A DNA stretch of 64,000 nt from an uncultured Chloroflexia bacterium (GTDB lineage: Bacteria > Chloroflexota > Limnocylindria > Limnocylindrales > CSP1-4), in contig CAVTHS010000006.1 in the NCBI GenBank assembly GCA_963734535.1, positions 32,001 to 96,000 of the forward strand, given 5' to 3'. The position numbers and the translations under genes were made by a program. Positions 1 through 11,895 of the stretch are shown here, piece by piece. Under the pieces are notes generated by a model. The model had not been told where the DNA came from, did not search any database, and was given only the letters and a program-made list of their open reading frames with translations. Each line of letters begins with the position of its first letter. Positions within the stretch are counted from its first letter, which is position 1.

Positions 1-184
1 CCGTGAACCCGGGCCGCCCGTCGAGGAGCCAGGCCGCAGCCGCGAACGGGGTCGCGACCGCCGTGCCGAGCCAGACGGCGCGCGCCGTCGCACGCAGCGG
101 CTCGCCCGACGACTTGACCGATGCGTTCCACGCCGCGTGCAGCAGCGCAGCGAGCAGGACGAGGACGGTCGCAGCCAGCGGCAT
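1..184 (-). CDS. EamA/DMT family transporter, N-terminal part (runs off the window edge)
   Basis: Manual translation MPLAATVLVLLAALLHAAWNASVKSSG; AALLHAAWN is a typical DMT first-helix motif. TAGACT -10 element 6 nt upstream of the ATG. Confidence 0.75.
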   Translation of the reverse strand, partial: MPLAATVLVLLAALLHAAWNASVKSSGEPLRATARAVWLGTAVATPFAAAAWLLDGRPGFT

Positions 185-425
185 CAGGCGAGTCTACGAG
201 CCGCGCCCGGCGCGCGAGGGTCCCGTGGCGGGGCGACGACGGGGCCACCGCACGCGATCGCCGTGCCGTCCCGGATCACGCAGCCGTCATTCGCCTGGAG
301 GCTGCCGCGGGCGTCCGGCCCGTCGCCGGGCCCAGGAATCGTGCGACCCCGGGCGATGCCCGGGGTCGTAGAGGTCGTGCGGCGGGTAGTGGCGCCGATT
401 CGCGGGCGCCGACGGCCTTCTCGGC

Positions 426-1171
426 CTACTTCTTCGGCGTCGCCTTGGCCTTGGCAGGTGCCTTGGCCTTGGCCGGTGCCTTGGCCTTGGCCGGTGCCTT
501 GGCCTTGCGGCGTCGGCGTCGGCGATCTTCGCCTTCGGTGCCGACTTGGCGGCTGCCTTCGGCTTTGCGGGCGCCTTGGCGGCGGCAGCGGCCCTCGGGG
601 CGGGCTTGGCCGCCGGCTTCTCGGCCAGGGTCGTGGCGGCCTTCGATGTGGCACGAACGCGCGCCCTGGGGGCGGTGGCCGGCGCCGGTGTGGCCGCCTT
701 GGTCGCCTCGACGTCGGTCCGGCCAGCCCGCGCGATGGCGGCCTTGGCCTTCCCGGCTGCCGTCTGGGCGCCCTTGGCCTTCGCCGCCTTGCCGGCCGCG
801 ATGCGTGCCTTGGCGGCCTTCGCCGCGGCTGCGGTGCCGGTGATCTTGGTGATCTTGGCCGCTGTCTGGACGGATGCGCCGCCGATCGCGGCCGCCACCT
901 TGCGGGCCAGGCGTGACTTGCGCCGCGCTGCCGTGTTCGGGTGGAGGGCGCCGACCTTGGCGGCCTTGTCGAGCGCGCTCATGGCCTCGGCGAGCGAGAC
1001 GGTCGCGTCGCCCTCGACCTGGCCGGTCGCGATCCTGAGGGTCTTGGTGACGAGGGTCTTGGCCTTCGTGCGCCGCGGGGCGTTGATCGCCTCACGACGT
1101 TCGGCCTGACGGACCCGCTTCAGGCCGGACGGCGTCCGTGTGCCGGTCCAGCCGCGGGGCGAGTGAGCCAC
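426..1171 (-). CDS. rpsT: 30S ribosomal protein S20 with a long Ala/Lys/Pro-rich C-terminal tail; apparent 1-nt frameshift near 507
   Basis: KRVRQAERREAINAPRRTKAKT...LDKAAKVGALHPNTAARRKSRL is the S20 signature. GTG start with GAGGA RBS. The KAKAPA repeats continue in a shifted frame to TAG at 426-428. Confidence 0.9.
442..506 (-). repeat. 18-bp tandem repeat encoding (KAKAPA)n, about 3.5 copies
   Basis: GCCTTGGCCTTGGC(A/C)GGT units visible on the + strand. Confidence 0.85.
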
Positions 1172-1415
1172 TGGCGTTCGGTCCTCTGGTGGGGAAGGAT
1201 TGTCCTTGGGTGGGTGCCGCGCAGCGGGAGAGGACACCGCGACGGCGCGACCGCGAATGGTACCAGACGCGCCGGGGGGCGACCAATGTCTTGTCCCTGC
1301 TCAGTGAATCTGTCAGGGCGAACAATGGCTCGCCAGGGCGGTCCGGGTGGCGGCCATTGACCCGCCGGTGATGCCCGTTCGCGGGCCCGACAGCGTCCGC
1401 TACACTCGCAGCCCG

Positions 1416-3230
1416 ATGTCGATCCCCCAGTCACGCCTGCGCAACTTCTCGATCATCGCCCACATCGATCACGGCAAGTCGACGCTGGCGGACCGCCTGC
1501 TCGAGCAGACCCACACGATCGACCCCCGGCAGATGACCAGCCAGGTCCTCGACTCGATGGACCTCGAGCGCGAGAAGGGGATCACGATCAAGGCGCGCGC
1601 GGTCCGGATGGAGTACGCGGCCGCCGACGGCCTGGTCTACGGCCTCAACCTCATCGACACGCCCGGCCACGTCGACTTCGCCTACGAGGTGAGCCACAGC
1701 CTGCAGGCCTGCGAGGGCGCCGTCCTCGTCATCGACGCGTCCCAGGGGATCGAGGCCCAGACGCTCGCCAACGTCCACCTGGCGCTCCGCCAGGACCTCG
1801 TGATCGTGCCGGTCATCAACAAGATCGACCTGCCGTCGGCGCAGCCGGACGTCGTGATGGACGAGCTGGAGAACGTCCTGGCCATCCCGCGCGAGGAGGT
1901 CCTCCTGGCGTCGGCGAAGGACGGAACCGGGATCATCGAGATCCTGGAGGCGATCGTGGCCCGAGTGCCTCCGCCGAAAGGGAATCCCCGGGGTCACCTC
2001 CGCGGGCTGGTCTTCGACTCCCACTACGACCAGTACAAGGGCGTCGTGACCTACGTCCGCCTGGCGGAGGGCACCATCCACGAGCACTCGCGGATCCGCA
2101 TGATGGGCTCGGGAGCGGAGACCGAGATCCTGGAGCTGGGCGTGTTCCGCCCGCAGCTCGTCCCGGTGCAGCAGCTCGCAGCGGGGGAGGTCGGCTACAT
2201 CGCGACGGGCCTCAAGAGCGTCCGCGACGCGCAGGTCGGCGACACGGTCACCGACGCCGCGGCCCCCGCCTCCGAGCCGTTGCCGGGCTATCTGCCCGCC
2301 AAGAGCCTGGTCTTCGCGGGGATCTACCCGATCTCCGGCGAGGATTACCCGCTCCTCCGCGACGCGATGGAGAAGCTGCACCTCAACGACGCCAGCTTCA
2401 CGTTCGAGGCCGAGAGCTCGATCGCCCTCGGCTTCGGCTTCCGCTGCGGCTTCCTTGGCCTCCTCCACATGGAGATCGTCCAGGAGCGACTGGAACGCGA
2501 GTTCTCGCTGGAGCTCATCGCGTCGGCGCCGTCGGTGGAGTACCGGGTCACGCCCATGGGGGGCGGGCCCGTCCTCGCCGTCGACAACCCCGCCCTCATG
2601 CCCTCGGCCGGCGAGATCGAGACGATCGAGGAGCCATGGGTGAAGCTCTCGGTGATCACCCCCTCGACGTACATCGGCCCGCTCATGGAGCTGTCCACGA
2701 ACCGACGCGGCACCTTCACCAGCATGGAGTACCTCGACCCCACCCGGGTCCTCCTCTCCTTCGAGATGCCGCTCGCGGAGCTGATCATCGACTACTTCGA
2801 CCAGCTCAAGAGCCGCAGTCAGGGCTACGCGTCGATGGACTACGAGGAGCTGGGCTACCGCGCGGCGCGCCTCGTCAAGCTCGACGTGCTGGTGAACGGC
2901 GAGCCCGTGGACGCCCTGTCCCTGATCGTGCACCGGGACAAGGCCCAGACCGCCGGCCGGCAGCTCACCGAGAAGCTGAAGGAGCTCATCCCGCGCCAGA
3001 TGTTCGAGGTGCCCGTGCAGGCCGCGATCGGGTCCACGGTGGTGGCGCGGGAGACCATCCGCGCGATGCGCAAGAACGTCCTCGCCAAGTGCTACGGTGG
3101 CGACATCACGCGGAAGCGGAAGCTGCTGGAGAAGCAGAAGGAAGGCAAGCAGCGCATGAAGCGCGTCGGATCCGTGGAGATCCCGCAGGAGGCCTTCCTC
3201 GCCGTCCTGCGCATGGGCGAGACCGGCTAG
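1416..3230 (+). CDS. lepA: Translation elongation factor 4 (LepA)
   Basis: [55 protein letters not shown] at 1401-1406. Confidence 0.98.
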   Translation: MSIPQSRLRNFSIIAHIDHGKSTLADRLLEQTHTIDPRQMTSQVLDSMDLEREKGITIKARAVRMEYAAADGLVYGLNLIDTPGHVDFAYEVSHSLQACEGAVLVIDASQGIEAQTLANVHLALRQDLVIVPVINKIDLPSAQPDVVMDELENVLAIPREEVLLASAKDGTGIIEILEAIVARVPPPKGNPRGHLRGLVFDSHYDQYKGVVTYVRLAEGTIHEHSRIRMMGSGAETEILELGVFRPQLVPVQQLAAGEVGYIATGLKSVRDAQVGDTVTDAAAPASEPLPGYLPAKSLVFAGIYPISGEDYPLLRDAMEKLHLNDASFTFEAESSIALGFGFRCGFLGLLHMEIVQERLEREFSLELIASAPSVEYRVTPMGGGPVLAVDNPALMPSAGEIETIEEPWVKLSVITPSTYIGPLMELSTNRRGTFTSMEYLDPTRVLLSFEMPLAELIIDYFDQLKSRSQGYASMDYEELGYRAARLVKLDVLVNGEPVDALSLIVHRDKAQTAGRQLTEKLKELIPRQMFEVPVQAAIGSTVVARETIRAMRKNVLAKCYGGDITRKRKLLEKQKEGKQRMKRVGSVEIPQEAFLAVLRMGETG

Positions 3231-3246
3231 GCGCCGCGGCCGTCCG

Positions 3247-4011
3247 GTGGAGGAGCTGCTCCGCGCTCTCGTGACGCTCGGCATCGCGGGCCTGCTGTGC
3301 CTCCTGCGCCTCGAGGCCGCCACGTTCCGCGCCGCGGAGTACGACGAGCCGTCCGCGGACGGACGGGCAAGCACGTTCCGCCTTCGGATGGGCTGGTACG
3401 TGCTGGGGCTCTCCATGGTCGTGGCGGCCCTGGTCATCCACCCGGCGCCCGCCAGCGACCTCCTTCTCGGGCCGGGCGATCGGGCCGGCGCGATCCTCGG
3501 CGGTTTCGCGCTCGGGGCCATCGGGACGGGGCAGGCGGTGCTCTTCGCACGACGCCGCTACGCCCGGCTGCGGATGCCTCCTCTCTGGTCGTACCCGGAC
3601 GCCCTGCTCAACGCGCTCGGGACCGCGCTCATCGACGAGGCCACCTTCCGTGGCCTCGTCCTGGGCTTCCTTCTCCTGGCCGGCATCGATCCGACCCTCG
3701 CGATCATCGCCCAGGCCCTCCTCTATGTGCTCGCCACGCGCACGGCCGCCCCGGGCCGCAGCCCCTACGTCTTCGGCCTCGCGCTGTGGATGGGGCTCGC
3801 CGCGGGCTGGCTGACGGTGGTCACGGGCGGAATCGGCGCGGCATTCCTGGGGCACGCGGTCACCCGGATCGCCGTCTTCGTGTGCACCGGCCACGCCGGT
3901 CAGCCGGCGGCGCGCGGCCACGAGGCCGAGGACTCGTGGGAGTACCGACGATCGCCGGACGGATGGAGGCAGGCGGAGAGCCCGGGCGAGGAGGCGCGGG
4001 CGGATCGATGA
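3247..4011 (+). CDS. CPBP (CAAX protease/Abi) family intramembrane protease-like protein
   Basis: Multi-TM protein with DEATFRG (EExxxR-like) and GHAVTR motifs. ATGA overlap with hemW. Confidence 0.7.
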   Translation: MEELLRALVTLGIAGLLCLLRLEAATFRAAEYDEPSADGRASTFRLRMGWYVLGLSMVVAALVIHPAPASDLLLGPGDRAGAILGGFALGAIGTGQAVLFARRRYARLRMPPLWSYPDALLNALGTALIDEATFRGLVLGFLLLAGIDPTLAIIAQALLYVLATRTAAPGRSPYVFGLALWMGLAAGWLTVVTGGIGAAFLGHAVTRIAVFVCTGHAGQPAARGHEAEDSWEYRRSPDGWRQAESPGEEARADR

Positions 4012-5252
4012 CGAGCGGCGACGGGCCGGCGCCCACGGCCCCGGTCGCCCTGTACATGCATGTCCCCTTCTGCCGTTCGCTCTGCCCGTACTGCGACTTC
4101 GTGGTCGTTGCCGGCGCAGCGGCCGTGGGTCCGCGCAGTCGCGTCGCCGGCTACCTTCGCGCCGTCGGGGTCGAGCTGGACCTGCGCGCGAACGCGCTCG
4201 ACGCGGCATTCGGGGCGCCGGGAAGCTCCACGCGGCCGCGCCTCGAGACCGTCTACCTCGGCGGCGGGACGCCGTCGCTGCTGCCAGGCGAGGCGATCGC
4301 CGGGCTGCTCGACCAGGTCCGAGCCCGCTACGGGATCGCGCCCGGTGCGGAGGTCACGCTCGAGGCCAACCCGGGGCGTGACGACCGGGGAGACCTGGCC
4401 GGCCTGGCGAGGGCCGGCATCACGCGGATCTCGATCGGTGCCCAGAGCCTCCAGCCCGACGAGCTCCGGGCGCTCGGCCGGCGTCACCGCCCGGCCGATG
4501 TCGCCGCGACGGTCGCCGCGGCACGCGACGCGGGCATCGCCAGCGTGAGCCTGGACCTGCTCTACGACGTCCCGGGCCAGACGCTCGCGAGCTGGACGGA
4601 GACGCTGGAGGCCGCCGTCGCGCTCGGGCCCGACCACGTCTCGGCCTACGCGCTGACGCTCGACGATCCCGAGGCCGAGGGCATCGCGGGGCCGACCGGC
4701 GATCACCTTCCCACCCCGCCAGGCGCCAGGCGGTGGCGCGCATCGGCACGCGCGGCACAGGACGAGGACCGGGCCGCCGGGGCCTACGGGCTTGCCGATG
4801 CGCTGCTCGAGGGGAGCGGCTATCCGTGGTACGAGCTCTCGAACTGGGCGCGCCCCGGTCACGAGAGCCGGCACAACCTCGTCTACTGGGAGCGTCGACC
4901 CTACGCCGCCGTGGGTCCCGGGGCGCATTCCTTCGACGGCGCGACGCGACGCTGGAACGGCGCACGCCTCGATGCGTGGACGGCCGCGCTCGCGCCCGCC
5001 TCGGCGGAGGTCGCGCCGAGGCTGCCGCCGGGCGGATCGGAGCCGGTGGATGCGGCGGCGGCCGAGACGGAGGCCCTGTTTCTCGGTCTGCGCCTCGCGC
5101 GCGGCATCCCGCGCGAGGTCGCGCTCGGCAGGATCGAGGCCTTCGCATGGGCCACCGAGCATGGCCTCGTGGAGGACCGCCCGGGGGACCGCGTGCGCCT
5201 GACCCTCCGCGGACGGCTCCTTTCCAACGAGCTCTTCTCCCGCCTCGTCTGA
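4008..5252 (+). CDS. hemW: Radical SAM heme chaperone HemW (HemN-like)
   Basis: LYMHVPFCRSLCPYCDF (CxxxCxxC), YLGGGTPS, YELSNWA, HNLVYW; conserved lepA-hemW-hrcA context. Confidence 0.92.
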   Translation: MTSGDGPAPTAPVALYMHVPFCRSLCPYCDFVVVAGAAAVGPRSRVAGYLRAVGVELDLRANALDAAFGAPGSSTRPRLETVYLGGGTPSLLPGEAIAGLLDQVRARYGIAPGAEVTLEANPGRDDRGDLAGLARAGITRISIGAQSLQPDELRALGRRHRPADVAATVAAARDAGIASVSLDLLYDVPGQTLASWTETLEAAVALGPDHVSAYALTLDDPEAEGIAGPTGDHLPTPPGARRWRASARAAQDEDRAAGAYGLADALLEGSGYPWYELSNWARPGHESRHNLVYWERRPYAAVGPGAHSFDGATRRWNGARLDAWTAALAPASAEVAPRLPPGGSEPVDAAAAETEALFLGLRLARGIPREVALGRIEAFAWATEHGLVEDRPGDRVRLTLRGRLLSNELFSRLV

Positions 5253-5285
5253 CCTCGCCCTTCCGAGCCGCACGGGTGCACACGA

Positions 5286-5315
5286 TTGACACGCGCGCGC
5301 GTCCCCTGCTACGAT
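5286..5315 (+). promoter_or_regulatory. Sigma70-type promoter of the hrcA-grpE-dnaK operon
   Basis: TTGACA (5286-5291), 18-nt spacer, TACGAT (5310-5315), immediately upstream of the CIRCE pair. Confidence 0.85.
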
Positions 5316-5327
5316 CCGTCCGAGCAG

Positions 5328-5354
5328 TTGGCACTCTATAGAGGAGAGTGCTAA
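5328..5354 (+). promoter_or_regulatory. CIRCE element 1 (HrcA operator)
   Basis: TTGGCACTC-N9-GAGTGCTAA versus consensus TTAGCACTC-N9-GAGTGCTAA. Confidence 0.95.
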
Positions 5355-5360
5355 CAGGAT

Positions 5361-5387
5361 CTGGCACTCGCACCGACTGAGTGCCAA
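5361..5387 (+). promoter_or_regulatory. CIRCE element 2 (HrcA operator)
   Basis: CTGGCACTC-N9-GAGTGCCAA. Confidence 0.9.
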
Positions 5388-5403
5388 CAGGAGCAGGACA
5401 CCC

Positions 5404-6477
5404 GTGACTCGTGGCATTCGACGCAGCTCCGGCCCGCTGGACCAGCGGGCCCAGGTGATCCTGCGCGCCGTCATCGAGGAGTACATCACGAGCGCGGCCC
5501 CGGTTGGCTCGCAGATGCTCGTCGAGCGGTATCGCTTGCAGGTGAGCTCGGCGACCGTCCGGGCGATCCTGGCGGAGCTCGAGATGGAAGGGCTGCTCTC
5601 GCACCCGCACACGTCCGCCGGCCGCGTTCCGACCGACGCCGGCTACCGCTTCTACGTGGAGGGCCTGATGGGCGAGGTCCCCCTCTCGCCCATCGAGCAG
5701 CTCACGATCCGCCACCAGTTCGGGCAGGTGGAGTTCGCCTCGGACCAGTGGTTCCGGCTGGCTGCCACCACGCTCGCGTCCGCGACGCGCTCGGCGGGCA
5801 TCGCGACCCCGGCCAAGCCGCGTGCCGCGCAGATCCGGCGCTTTGAGCTGCTCATGATCGGCGACCGCATGGCGAGCCTGATCATCGTCCTCAACGAGGG
5901 GACCCTGAAGCAGACGCTCCTGACGCTCGACCCGGCGACAACCGAGAGGGAGCTCGACGAGGCTGCTCGCCGCCTCAACGCGTCGTGCGCCGGGAGGAGC
6001 GCTGCTGACGTCGCCGAGCACCTCCGCTGGTTCGACCAGGCCCCGCCCGACGACGCGATCTTCGCGCTTGTCCGCCGTGCCGGCGATCGCGCGCTGCGCC
6101 TCCTCCGCGAGTTCGACGCCGCGAGCGTCGAGCAGCTCTTCAGCGACGGCCTGCTCAACGTCATGGCGGCCCCCGAGTTCGCCAGCTCCGAGAAGCTGCG
6201 GCGTGTCTTCGAGGCGCTCGAGAACCGGAGCTACTTCGCCGAGCTCTTCGACGCCGTCACCATCGACGGGGGCCTGCGGGTCTACATCGGGCGGGAGAAC
6301 CGTCCCGACGAGATGGCGGACGTGAGCCTCGTGATCGGACCGTACGGCCGCCCCGGTGCCGCCGTGGGTTTCGTGGGCGTGCTGGGTCCCACCCGCCTCC
6401 GGTACCCGCAGGCGATCGGGACCGTGCGCTTCGTGTCCGGCCTCATGAACGATCTCGTGGATCACCTCTACACCTGA
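5404..6477 (+). CDS. hrcA: Heat-inducible transcription repressor HrcA
   Basis: ILRAVIEEYI...PVGS...SSATVR...HPHTSAGRVPTDAGYRFYV; VLGPTRLRY. Confidence 0.96.
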   Translation: MTRGIRRSSGPLDQRAQVILRAVIEEYITSAAPVGSQMLVERYRLQVSSATVRAILAELEMEGLLSHPHTSAGRVPTDAGYRFYVEGLMGEVPLSPIEQLTIRHQFGQVEFASDQWFRLAATTLASATRSAGIATPAKPRAAQIRRFELLMIGDRMASLIIVLNEGTLKQTLLTLDPATTERELDEAARRLNASCAGRSAADVAEHLRWFDQAPPDDAIFALVRRAGDRALRLLREFDAASVEQLFSDGLLNVMAAPEFASSEKLRRVFEALENRSYFAELFDAVTIDGGLRVYIGRENRPDEMADVSLVIGPYGRPGAAVGFVGVLGPTRLRYPQAIGTVRFVSGLMNDLVDHLYT

Positions 6478-6493
6478 ACCGCAGGGACACACC

Positions 6494-7072
6494 ATGCCGA
6501 ACCATCCTGACCAGCCCGTGCCGCGCCGCCGGACGCGCGCCGATGACCGGATCGCGGAGCTCGACGTGAGCGCCACGTCGCTTCTCGCCCAGGTCGAGAC
6601 GCTGACGGCCGAGCGTGATGCCGCGCTCGCCAGGGCCGACGAGAACCTCCTGACCGCCCAGCGGGCGGCCGCCGACTACGCGAACCTCAAGCGCCGCTCG
6701 GAGGCCGACCGGGAGCGCGATCTCGACCGCGCCCGCGAGAGCCTGCTGTCGCGCGTCGTGGAGCTCGCCGACGACTTCGACCTGGCCCTCGACCACCTGC
6801 CGCCCGAGGCGCGCGACAACCCGTGGCTCGAGGGGATCGTGGCCATCGACCGGAAGCTGCGGGCGCTCCTGGAGCGCGAGGGCGTCACGCCGATCGAGGC
6901 GCTCGGGCGGCCATTCGACCCGAACGAGCACGAGGCCCTGAGCCACGTGTCCGGGAGCGGCGCTCCCGAGGGCGACGTCGTGCTGGAGATCCGGCGCGGC
7001 TATCTCCTGCGGGACCGCGTGCTCCGCCCGGCGCTGGTCGCCGTCAGCGACGGCAGCCCGCGCCTGAACTGA
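6494..7072 (+). CDS. grpE: Nucleotide exchange factor GrpE
   Basis: [34 protein letters not shown]. Confidence 0.95.
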   Translation: MPNHPDQPVPRRRTRADDRIAELDVSATSLLAQVETLTAERDAALARADENLLTAQRAAADYANLKRRSEADRERDLDRARESLLSRVVELADDFDLALDHLPPEARDNPWLEGIVAIDRKLRALLEREGVTPIEALGRPFDPNEHEALSHVSGSGAPEGDVVLEIRRGYLLRDRVLRPALVAVSDGSPRLN

Positions 7073-7122
7073 CCATCCACCCACCCCCAACCCCACCCCG
7101 AACACCAGGAGACCTGCACGCA

Positions 7123-9060
<1,938 letters not shown>

Positions 9061-9198
9061 CCCCGGCGCCGCGCCAGCGGCGCCGCCTGCCGACGCTCAA
9101 GCGCACGAGGCCCGGCTCAGCCCGGGCCTCGCGATTCCCGGACCCGCCGGCGAACCGCGGTTGGCCCCTCGCCGCGTCGCCGGATACACTCGGCTCCC

Positions 9199-10137
9199 AT
9201 GCTCGAGACGCCGACCGCGCCGCTGATCCGTGCCCGCGCGCTCACGAAACGCTTCGGGGCGTTCACGGCCGTGGACGCCATCGACTTCGACGTGGCGCCC
9301 GGCGAGGCGTTCGGATTCCTCGGCCCGAACGGCGCCGGCAAGACGTCCGCCATGCGCATGATCGGGTGCGTCTCGCCCGTGTCGGGCGGCGAGCTGTCCG
9401 TCCTGGGCATGGACCCGCGCGCCGACGGGCCGTCGATTCGCGCCCGCCTCGGGGTCGTGCCGCAACAGGACACGCTGGACATGGAGCTCACGGTCTCCGA
9501 GAACCTGTCGATCTACGGGCGCTACTTCGGCCTTCCTCGCCGCCTCATCCGCGAGCGGGTCGCCGACCTGCTCGAGTTCGTGCAGCTCTCCGAGCGGGCC
9601 CGTGACCAGGTCGAGTCGCTCTCGGGCGGGATGAAGCGGCGGCTCACGATCGCGCGCAGCCTGATCAACGAACCGGAGCTGCTGCTCCTCGACGAGCCGA
9701 CGACCGGCCTCGACCCGCAGGCCCGCCACCTCCTCTGGGACCGGCTCTACCGGCTCAAGCAGAAGGGCGTCACCCTCGTCCTGACGACGCACTACATGGA
9801 CGAGGCCGAGCAGCTGTGCGACCGGCTGGTGGTGATGGACAAGGCGCGAATCGTCGCCGAGGGCTCGCCGCGCCAGCTGATCGAGCAGCACAGCAGCCGC
9901 GAGGTCCTGGAGATGCGCTTCCCGGTCGGGGTCCAGGACTCGCTCGACGGCGCGCTCGACGGGCTCGGCGATCGCGTGGAGCGCCTCCCGGACCGCGTGC
10001 TCGTCTACGCGGACGACGGCGACGCCGCGGCGATCGCGGCGCACGAGCGGGGCCTGCGACCGGAGATGAGCCTGGTTCGCCGCTCCTCGCTCGAGGACGT
10101 CTTCCTCCGGCTGACCGGCCGGAGCCTGGTCGACTGA
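9199..10137 (+). CDS. ABC exporter ATP-binding protein (NodI/DrrA-like)
   Basis: GPNGAGKT, LSGGMKRR, LDEPTTGLDPQARH, TTHYMDEA. Confidence 0.93.
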   Translation: MLETPTAPLIRARALTKRFGAFTAVDAIDFDVAPGEAFGFLGPNGAGKTSAMRMIGCVSPVSGGELSVLGMDPRADGPSIRARLGVVPQQDTLDMELTVSENLSIYGRYFGLPRRLIRERVADLLEFVQLSERARDQVESLSGGMKRRLTIARSLINEPELLLLDEPTTGLDPQARHLLWDRLYRLKQKGVTLVLTTHYMDEAEQLCDRLVVMDKARIVAEGSPRQLIEQHSSREVLEMRFPVGVQDSLDGALDGLGDRVERLPDRVLVYADDGDAAAIAAHERGLRPEMSLVRRSSLEDVFLRLTGRSLVD

Positions 10138-10144
10138 CGGCCAG

Positions 10145-10951
10145 ATGGCGCTGCCGCCGGCGCTCCGGGTGCTCGAGCACGAGCTGCTGCTCTATCGCCG
10201 CGTCTGGCGCGGGAGCATCGTCAGCTCGTTCCTGAATCCCGTCCTCTTCCTGGCCGCGATGGGCGTCGGCCTCGGCAGCTATGTCGGCCAGAATGCGGGG
10301 ACGGCGGGCGCGGCCTCGGGCGGCGGGGCCGCGGCGCTCGGCGGCGTGAGCTACCTCGTCTTCATCGCGCCGGGCCTGCTCGCCTCGACCGCGATGCAGA
10401 CGGCCGCCGGCGAATCGACCTTCCCGATCATGGGCGGCATCGTCTGGGACCGGACCTTCCTGGGGATGCTCACGACGCCGGTCCGGGTCCTCGACGTCCT
10501 GCTCGGCAAGATCGCCTACATCGGGCTCCGGCTGGCGCTCGTGTGCGGCGTCTTCTTCGTCGTGATGCTGCTCTTCGGCGCGACACACGGGCTCCAGGCG
10601 ATCCTCGCCGTGCCGGCTGCCGTCCTGACGGGCCTCGCGTTCACGACGCCGATCGTCGCGTACTCCGCCACGCAGAAGGACGCGACCGGCTTCAACGCGC
10701 TCTTCCGGTTCGGCGTGATCCCGCTCTTCCTGTTCTCCGGGACGTTCTTCCCGATCGCGCAGCTGCCCGGGATCCTGCAGCCGCTCGCCGTCATCACGCC
10801 GCTGTGGCATGGCGTGGACCTGTGCCGGACGCTTGCGCTCGGGACGGCCGATGTGCCGGGCGTGCTGATCCACGTGGCGTACCTCGGCGCGATGGCGGCC
10901 GGTGGCCTGGTCCTCGCCAATCGCACGTTCCGGCGCCGGCTCGAGCTGTGA
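10145..10951 (+). CDS. ABC-2 type permease (NodJ-like)
   Basis: Six-TM pattern; PLFLFSGTFFP; TPLWHGVDL. Confidence 0.9.
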   Translation: MALPPALRVLEHELLLYRRVWRGSIVSSFLNPVLFLAAMGVGLGSYVGQNAGTAGAASGGGAAALGGVSYLVFIAPGLLASTAMQTAAGESTFPIMGGIVWDRTFLGMLTTPVRVLDVLLGKIAYIGLRLALVCGVFFVVMLLFGATHGLQAILAVPAAVLTGLAFTTPIVAYSATQKDATGFNALFRFGVIPLFLFSGTFFPIAQLPGILQPLAVITPLWHGVDLCRTLALGTADVPGVLIHVAYLGAMAAGGLVLANRTFRRRLEL

Positions 10952-10961
10952 CGGAAGCGCC

Positions 10962-11765
10962 ATGGCCCTGATTGCCCGCGTCGTGCCGCCGGCCCTCCTC
11001 GGGGGCCGTCGCGCCGGCCTCCTGATCGAGCGCAACCTGGTGGTCTACCGGCGCGGCTGGCTCATGATCGTCTCGGGCTTCTTCGAGCCGCTCTTCTACC
11101 TCCTCTCGATCGGGCTCGGCATCGGCGCGCTGGTGGGGGCGATCCCGCTCGGCGACGGGCGCACGGTCCCCTACACGGCCTTCGTGGCACCGGCGCTCCT
11201 CGCCAGCTCCGCCATGAACGGCGCCATCTACGACTCGACCTTCAACGTCTTCTTCAAGCTGAAGTACGCCAAGACGTACGACGCGATCCTCGCGACGCCC
11301 GTCGGAGTGGCAGACGTGGCCGTGGGCGAGATCGGCTGGGCCCTCATCCGCGGCGCGCTCTACGCGGGCACGTTCCTGCTGGTGATGCTGGCGATGGGCC
11401 TCGTCCGCTCGCCCTGGGCGATCCTCGCCTTTCCGGCCTCGCTCCTGATCGGCTTCGCGTTCGGTGCCGCCGGAATGGCAGCGACATCGTTCATGCGGAC
11501 CTGGCAGGATTTCGACCTGGTCCAGCTCGTGATCCTGCCGCTGTTCCTCTTCTCCGGCACGTTCTACCCGGTCACGACCTACCCGGAGCCCATCCGCCTG
11601 CTCGTCGAGCTCACGCCGCTCTATCACGGGGTGGACCTCGTCCGTGGATTGACCACCGGTGCGCTGGGGCCGGGAATGCTCGTCCACGTGGCATACCTCA
11701 CGGTGATGGGCCTCGTCGGGCTGGCGATCACGTCGCGGCGCCTGGAACGGCTCCTCCTCAAGTAG
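10962..11765 (+). CDS. ABC-2 type permease (NodJ-like), second paralog
   Basis: FEPLFYLL, PLFLFSGTFYP, TPLYHGVDL. Confidence 0.9.
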   Translation: MALIARVVPPALLGGRRAGLLIERNLVVYRRGWLMIVSGFFEPLFYLLSIGLGIGALVGAIPLGDGRTVPYTAFVAPALLASSAMNGAIYDSTFNVFFKLKYAKTYDAILATPVGVADVAVGEIGWALIRGALYAGTFLLVMLAMGLVRSPWAILAFPASLLIGFAFGAAGMAATSFMRTWQDFDLVQLVILPLFLFSGTFYPVTTYPEPIRLLVELTPLYHGVDLVRGLTTGALGPGMLVHVAYLTVMGLVGLAITSRRLERLLLK

Positions 11766-11895
11766 GCGCAGGACAGAACCGCCGGACCGCGCGGTCGCGG
11801 CGGTGCCCGCCTCGCCACGTGTGGGCGGGCGGCGACGGTCCGCGCTCCGCGACGGTTCGAGCGGCTGCGCAGCACGGGGCGTATCCTGCGACGCC

